A stretch of DNA of 60,803 nucleotides from a virus (lineage: Duplodnaviria > Caudoviricetes), in the IMG/VR virus record IMGVR_UViG_3300020044_008671, positions 1-60,803 of that record; one strand, given 5' to 3'. The position numbers were made by a program, and so were the translations under genes. Numbering within the stretch: the stretch's first letter is position 1; each line of letters begins with the position of its first letter. Positions 56,878-60,803 of the stretch are shown here, in pieces. Below the pieces are notes generated by a model. It was not told the DNA's origin. It saw only the letters and a program-made list of their open reading frames with translations, and searched no databases.

Positions 56878-57020
56878 AGTGCGGAATATTATTTAGGCCT
56901 TTAAGCCTATGGATTGGATTTCATTATAGCATATATAACAGAAGGTTATGTATTAATATAATACCATGCATCACTATTTGGATAACATTAAAACAAGGCA
57001 ATTGCCCATATAAACACTAA
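56874..57020 (+). CDS. Small hypothetical protein, 48 aa, not in the ORF track: MKCGILFRPLSLWIGFHYSIYNRRLCINIIPCITIWITLKQGNCPYKH
   Basis: Manual translation; ATGA overlap with the upstream stop; fills the gap before 57025. Confidence 0.7.
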   Translation: MKCGILFRPLSLWIGFHYSIYNRRLCINIIPCITIWITLKQGNCPYKH

Positions 57021-57024
57021 AATA

Positions 57025-57918
57025 ATGACAAACGAAGACGAATTTATCCACCCAGCAGTAGAGGTACTGCCCAACGACACTATCAGACAGCAAGAGGCTG
57101 CCATGATTGACATTCAAATAGCTACGGCTAACAAGTACCCAAGAAACTTAACTAAGACATTATCCAATGTGCTTGCAGAGGTAAAGATGTCAAAGGAGGT
57201 TGCGGAGGCGTGTTCTTATTCTCTAAAGAGAGGAGGCAAAACAATTTCAGGACCTTCGGTACACTTAGCGAAGATTGTAGCCCGACACTTTAAAAATTGC
57301 AGAATAGCATCACGAGTAATTGATGTTGGCGAAACTTATGTAACAACGCAAGGAGTATTCCATGATATTGAGAATAACATAGCATGGTCAGTAGAGGTAT
57401 TGCGTAGGATTACAGATAGAGATGGTAAACGCTTCAATGACGATATGATTGTTGTTACTGCCAATGCAGGGTTAAGTATTGCAACACGCCAAGCAATATT
57501 TGCAGGAGTATCGCCAGGAATTGTAGATCAGGCATTAAAGGCAGCACAAAACAAGGTATTAGGCATCGCCGATGGTGCAGACTTTGTAGCAACAAGGACT
57601 GATTGGTTTAAGAGAGTATCTGAAGCTTTTGATGGGGTAAAAGAGTCTGACATTCTTCGAGCATTAGGGAAACAAGCAATAAGCCATGTTACGGCCAACG
57701 ATTTACAAATATTAGTAGGCATGGTGCAAGCCATTAAAGATGGGGACTCTACCGTTGATCTTACTTTTAAAACAATTGAAAACTCTGGTGGCGCAGCGAA
57801 TAATACCAACGCTAACATTAAGGCTGCGCTTGATGAAGCAGAAAAAAAGATTAAAGAAAAAGACAAGAGTTCAAAAACAAACGATCAAGCAGGAGACTTG
57901 TCAAAACTAAAAGACTAA
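57025..57918 (+). CDS. Putative single-strand annealing/recombination protein
   Basis: DIQIATANKYPR...CSYSLKRGGKTISGPSVHLA motif common in phage proteins next to exonucleases; function inferred from context. Confidence 0.55.
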   Translation: MTNEDEFIHPAVEVLPNDTIRQQEAAMIDIQIATANKYPRNLTKTLSNVLAEVKMSKEVAEACSYSLKRGGKTISGPSVHLAKIVARHFKNCRIASRVIDVGETYVTTQGVFHDIENNIAWSVEVLRRITDRDGKRFNDDMIVVTANAGLSIATRQAIFAGVSPGIVDQALKAAQNKVLGIADGADFVATRTDWFKRVSEAFDGVKESDILRALGKQAISHVTANDLQILVGMVQAIKDGDSTVDLTFKTIENSGGAANNTNANIKAALDEAEKKIKEKDKSSKTNDQAGDLSKLKD

Positions 57919-58173
57919 ATGGACATAAAAATATCAACAAGGGCTTCTATCCTATATGGAACTAAGAGGTCGGAGGTAAGCGAACAGTTGTCAAAGCTAT
58001 TTCATCTAAACATTCTTGTAAAAACAGGAATAGCAGAGCAACTAGGGATGGGTAGAACTACCCTTGACAGAAAACTATCTCTTCATACGTGGACTATTGA
58101 AGAAATACAGACACTTATTACAATGGGTGTGTTAGACATAAAGACGAATCACCAAACACAAGCAAATGATTAA
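57919..58173 (+). CDS. Small HTH protein
   Basis: KTGIAEQLGMGRTTLDRKL...WTIEEI. Confidence 0.7.
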   Translation: MDIKISTRASILYGTKRSEVSEQLSKLFHLNILVKTGIAEQLGMGRTTLDRKLSLHTWTIEEIQTLITMGVLDIKTNHQTQAND

Positions 58174-59767
58174 ACAACTATTAGTGCTAACCGAAGAGGA
58201 GAAAATGCGCCTCTTCGCAGCGAAAAAAGAAAATGCTTCTAGTGGCGTGTGGGTTGCTATCGCTAAGGCAAGAGACTTTGAAGTAACCTCTTTGGAGGAA
58301 ACAGAAACAAAAGGGCATTATTTAGTGTCGTATAACTCCAAAGAAGTGGTGCAAGAAGAACCTAAAGGAACAAAAGATTTAGAGTTTATCCATGAAAAAG
58401 GAGTTGATATTGCAGTACAAGAAGTAGACTCATCTTTATCTCCCATCAAGCTAAAGTCTTTAGTATCTGAAAACTTTAAAAAGCTAAACATAACCATTGA
58501 GGCTGAAGGACGAGGGTTTATGTTACGAGGAGACAATGCAGTTGGCAAATCCTCGGTATTGGATGCTATATGGACAACCCTTCAAGGGATGAAAGGCAAC
58601 GACACTCCAGAACCTATTCAGCAAGGTAAGGAGTCTGCACAGAATACTGTTGAACTTATTATTCAACAAGAGCTAGAGATAAATGGCGATATTCTAAAGG
58701 AAGGAACTATCATCAAGGCTACAAGGACGTTTACACAAGGAGGTAGCACATTAAACGTAAAAATTGATGGCAAAACTGCTAAGTCTCCTGCAACACTTTT
58801 GACATGGATTATTGGAGAGTCTACGATTACAGATCCTTCTGATTTATGGTCGATGAAAAACATTGACCTTAAAAAATATCTTACCCGACTATCGGGAATT
58901 GAGCATAAGCTTGATGATGTTGAAGGAAGAAAGAAAGTTGTTTATGACAAAAAGTTTGCCGTAGAACAAGAGATATTGCGCTTTGAGAAGGATCTTGCAG
59001 AGTTTAGTGAGATAGACGCCCACATGGAGCCGGTAGACTTGACACAAATCCAAAAAGACATTCAGCACAGAATGGATTTAGCGGAGGAGTTGAAGTTAAA
59101 GCAAAAGGCTTTACAAGATGTAAATATAGACTATACCATCAAGCGTCAGAACATAGAGGTAACAATGGAAGATATCGCAACTACAAAAAGAAAGCTACAA
59201 GCCCTTGAAGAGTCGCTTGCAGGTCAACAAGAAGCTTACAACGACAAAACACGCCATCAAGAATCATTGGCAATAGTCGAACAAGCAGAAAAGGCCTACA
59301 ATGAATGTGAGGACAAGGGAGATCAGCTAAAAACATTGGAAGCGGACCAAAAGAAATACTTCCAAGCGCAAGAAAAGAAAAAGTTAATTGAACGAGTAAG
59401 CAAACAGAAGGACATACAATCTGATGTGATGTTAGAAGTCGGGGCTATTGAGCGAGAGCGCAAGCAGTTGTTTGCCTCTGCAAAGATGCCAATAGAGTTT
59501 TTGACTATCACAGAAGATGGAGTTCAATACAAAGGAGTGCCATTAGCTAAAGATCAGATTAGCGAAGCAGAAGGATTAGAGTTATGCATGGATATCTTAA
59601 TTGCCGAAAAGCCTAACTTAAGATTAATAAGTTGCAAGTACGGACATGCATTAAGCACCAAGACATTAGAAAGGGTATTGCGTAAAGCTAAGTACCAAGA
59701 CTATCAAATTATCATCGAGCGAGTAGCCGACAATCAAACATTAGAAGTAGAATTCTTAGAAAAATAA
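58166..59767 (+). CDS. SMC/Rad50-like ATPase
   Basis: LVSENFKKL; Walker A GDNAVGKSS; long coiled coil; degenerate signature QISEAE. Confidence 0.8.
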   Translation: MIKQLLVLTEEEKMRLFAAKKENASSGVWVAIAKARDFEVTSLEETETKGHYLVSYNSKEVVQEEPKGTKDLEFIHEKGVDIAVQEVDSSLSPIKLKSLVSENFKKLNITIEAEGRGFMLRGDNAVGKSSVLDAIWTTLQGMKGNDTPEPIQQGKESAQNTVELIIQQELEINGDILKEGTIIKATRTFTQGGSTLNVKIDGKTAKSPATLLTWIIGESTITDPSDLWSMKNIDLKKYLTRLSGIEHKLDDVEGRKKVVYDKKFAVEQEILRFEKDLAEFSEIDAHMEPVDLTQIQKDIQHRMDLAEELKLKQKALQDVNIDYTIKRQNIEVTMEDIATTKRKLQALEESLAGQQEAYNDKTRHQESLAIVEQAEKAYNECEDKGDQLKTLEADQKKYFQAQEKKKLIERVSKQKDIQSDVMLEVGAIERERKQLFASAKMPIEFLTITEDGVQYKGVPLAKDQISEAEGLELCMDILIAEKPNLRLISCKYGHALSTKTLERVLRKAKYQDYQIIIERVADNQTLEVEFLEK

Positions 59768-59774
59768 AAAAAAC

Positions 59775-60086
59775 ATGAAAACATTTAACAATTGTAAGGT
59801 AATAAAGAAATTACCAGCAGAGTCGATAAGCGACAAGCATCAAAAGGCAGCCTTAATATTATTGTCTCAAGAAGAATACGAGAAGGAGTTCAGGGTAGAC
59901 TTCTGGAACGCAGCCATCAAGCAGATGGACGCTATAAAAGTTGGCGATGTTGTTAGTGGAACTATGTCTGTTTCGTCAAGAGAGCATAATGGAAGATGGT
60001 ATTCTGACATCAAGGCGAACAAGATCCAAGTGGATTCTGCTAAACAGATGGACTCTTATCCTCCGCACTCTAGCTTTCCTGTTTAG
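59775..60086 (+). CDS. DUF3127-like single-stranded DNA-binding protein
   Basis: KVGDVV...SSREHNGRWYSDIKA.KI motif; C-terminal ...FPV. Confidence 0.75.
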   Translation: MKTFNNCKVIKKLPAESISDKHQKAALILLSQEEYEKEFRVDFWNAAIKQMDAIKVGDVVSGTMSVSSREHNGRWYSDIKANKIQVDSAKQMDSYPPHSSFPV

Positions 60087-60092
60087 GCTAAG

Positions 60093-60392
60093 ATGCACTA
60101 TCAACACATAGACGAGATTAAGCGCAGAAGGGTATATCTTGAAGAGACCTACTTTTTAGTGGTAGACTTTATCGAGATATACTCTGAGGCGTTAAATAGC
60201 TCACTTGGATATAGAAAAGGTCAACTACAATCAATACTAAAAAATCTTGTATTAAGAAAGGAAGTCCTTGTACGTGAGTTACACGAAGTAGACACTATGA
60301 TTAGTGATAGGATTCCATTTCAAGAAATAACCCTTCAAGACTATATGTTTGGAGACATAAAAGTAACTACAATAACAACCATTAATAAATGA
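60093..60392 (+). CDS. Hypothetical protein
   Basis: 99-aa ORF within the operon. Confidence 0.65.
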   Translation: MHYQHIDEIKRRRVYLEETYFLVVDFIEIYSEALNSSLGYRKGQLQSILKNLVLRKEVLVRELHEVDTMISDRIPFQEITLQDYMFGDIKVTTITTINK

Positions 60393-60803
60393 CCAACTAC
60401 ATCATTAAAAAAGGCTCAAGAACGAGCAGTCCAAGTATCAGTAAATGGTGCGTCAACCAAAACACACTTACTGCTAGATTCAAACTAGGAGCATCATTCA
60501 GTCAGCTCTATGAGGTTGCTGATAATTCCACACATAAGATAATAGGCTTAGCTGACCTACTAGGTAAATACAGCATTAGAATGGGATTTAGGCGAAAGCC
60601 AACAGATACCTTTAAAGATGAATTTGTGCCGGTGGCATATCTGCACATTGGTGGTAAAATATTTTACCCTAAGATTGAAGGTATGATACTAAAGACTGGT
60701 AAAACCTATGAAGTAACTATCTATAAGAATGTTTTAGGATATCATGACATCAAGCTTGATGCTTTAGATGACTTTGGATATGTTATACATTCTACACAGT
60801 ACT
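60389..60803 (+). CDS. Hypothetical protein truncated by the window end; paralog of 1819..2379
   Basis: Open from the ATG at 60389 to the end: MTNYIIKKGSR...THKIIGLADLLGKYSIRMGFRRK...PVAYLHIGG. Confidence 0.75.
   Translation, partial: MTNYIIKKGSRTSSPSISKWCVNQNTLTARFKLGASFSQLYEVADNSTHKIIGLADLLGKYSIRMGFRRKPTDTFKDEFVPVAYLHIGGKIFYPKIEGMILKTGKTYEVTIYKNVLGYHDIKLDALDDFGYVIHSTQY

Noticed and set aside
9921-59767. Many antisense ORFs in the track (e.g. 14970..15452, 32007..32432, 39762..40214)
   Set aside because: They are Ser/Phe/Leu-rich mirror translations of A-rich sense genes, without promoters or motifs
1-60803. Stop-codon reassignment as seen in some crAss-like phages
   Set aside because: Genes are long and tightly packed under the standard code, and TAA, TAG and TGA all act as stops at sensible gene ends

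Overview
This 60.8 kb window is a near-complete, AT-rich dsDNA phage genome that probably infects Bacteroidota: it has TAnnTTTG promoters, A-rich translation starts without Shine-Dalgarno sites, a DUF3127-like SSB and a u-spanin. Transcription diverges from about 9,870. The left arm (- strand) holds a probable small terminase, two fibre-like genes, the large terminase, a replication initiator with internal iteron-like repeats, DnaB, an HNH endonuclease, KilA-N and an XRE regulator. The right arm (+ strand) holds a crAss-like podovirus morphogenesis module (portal, scaffold, major and auxiliary capsid, ring proteins, nozzle, ejection proteins). It continues with a 5,767-aa polyvalent DarB-like protein, tail fibres and spikes, a lysis cassette and a recombination module. 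No DNA polymerase, RNA polymerase, integrase, tRNA, CRISPR array or reverse transcriptase was recognised. The main finding is that the giant gene contains at least five same-strand ORFs in its +1 frame, each lying on a low-complexity interdomain linker and each with a plausible Bacteroidota start context. Four encode Lys-rich peptides, one carrying the phage motif CWKGY...VPNCVP, and the fifth encodes a 132-aa globular-looking protein. All family assignments come from motifs read by eye; no searches were run.
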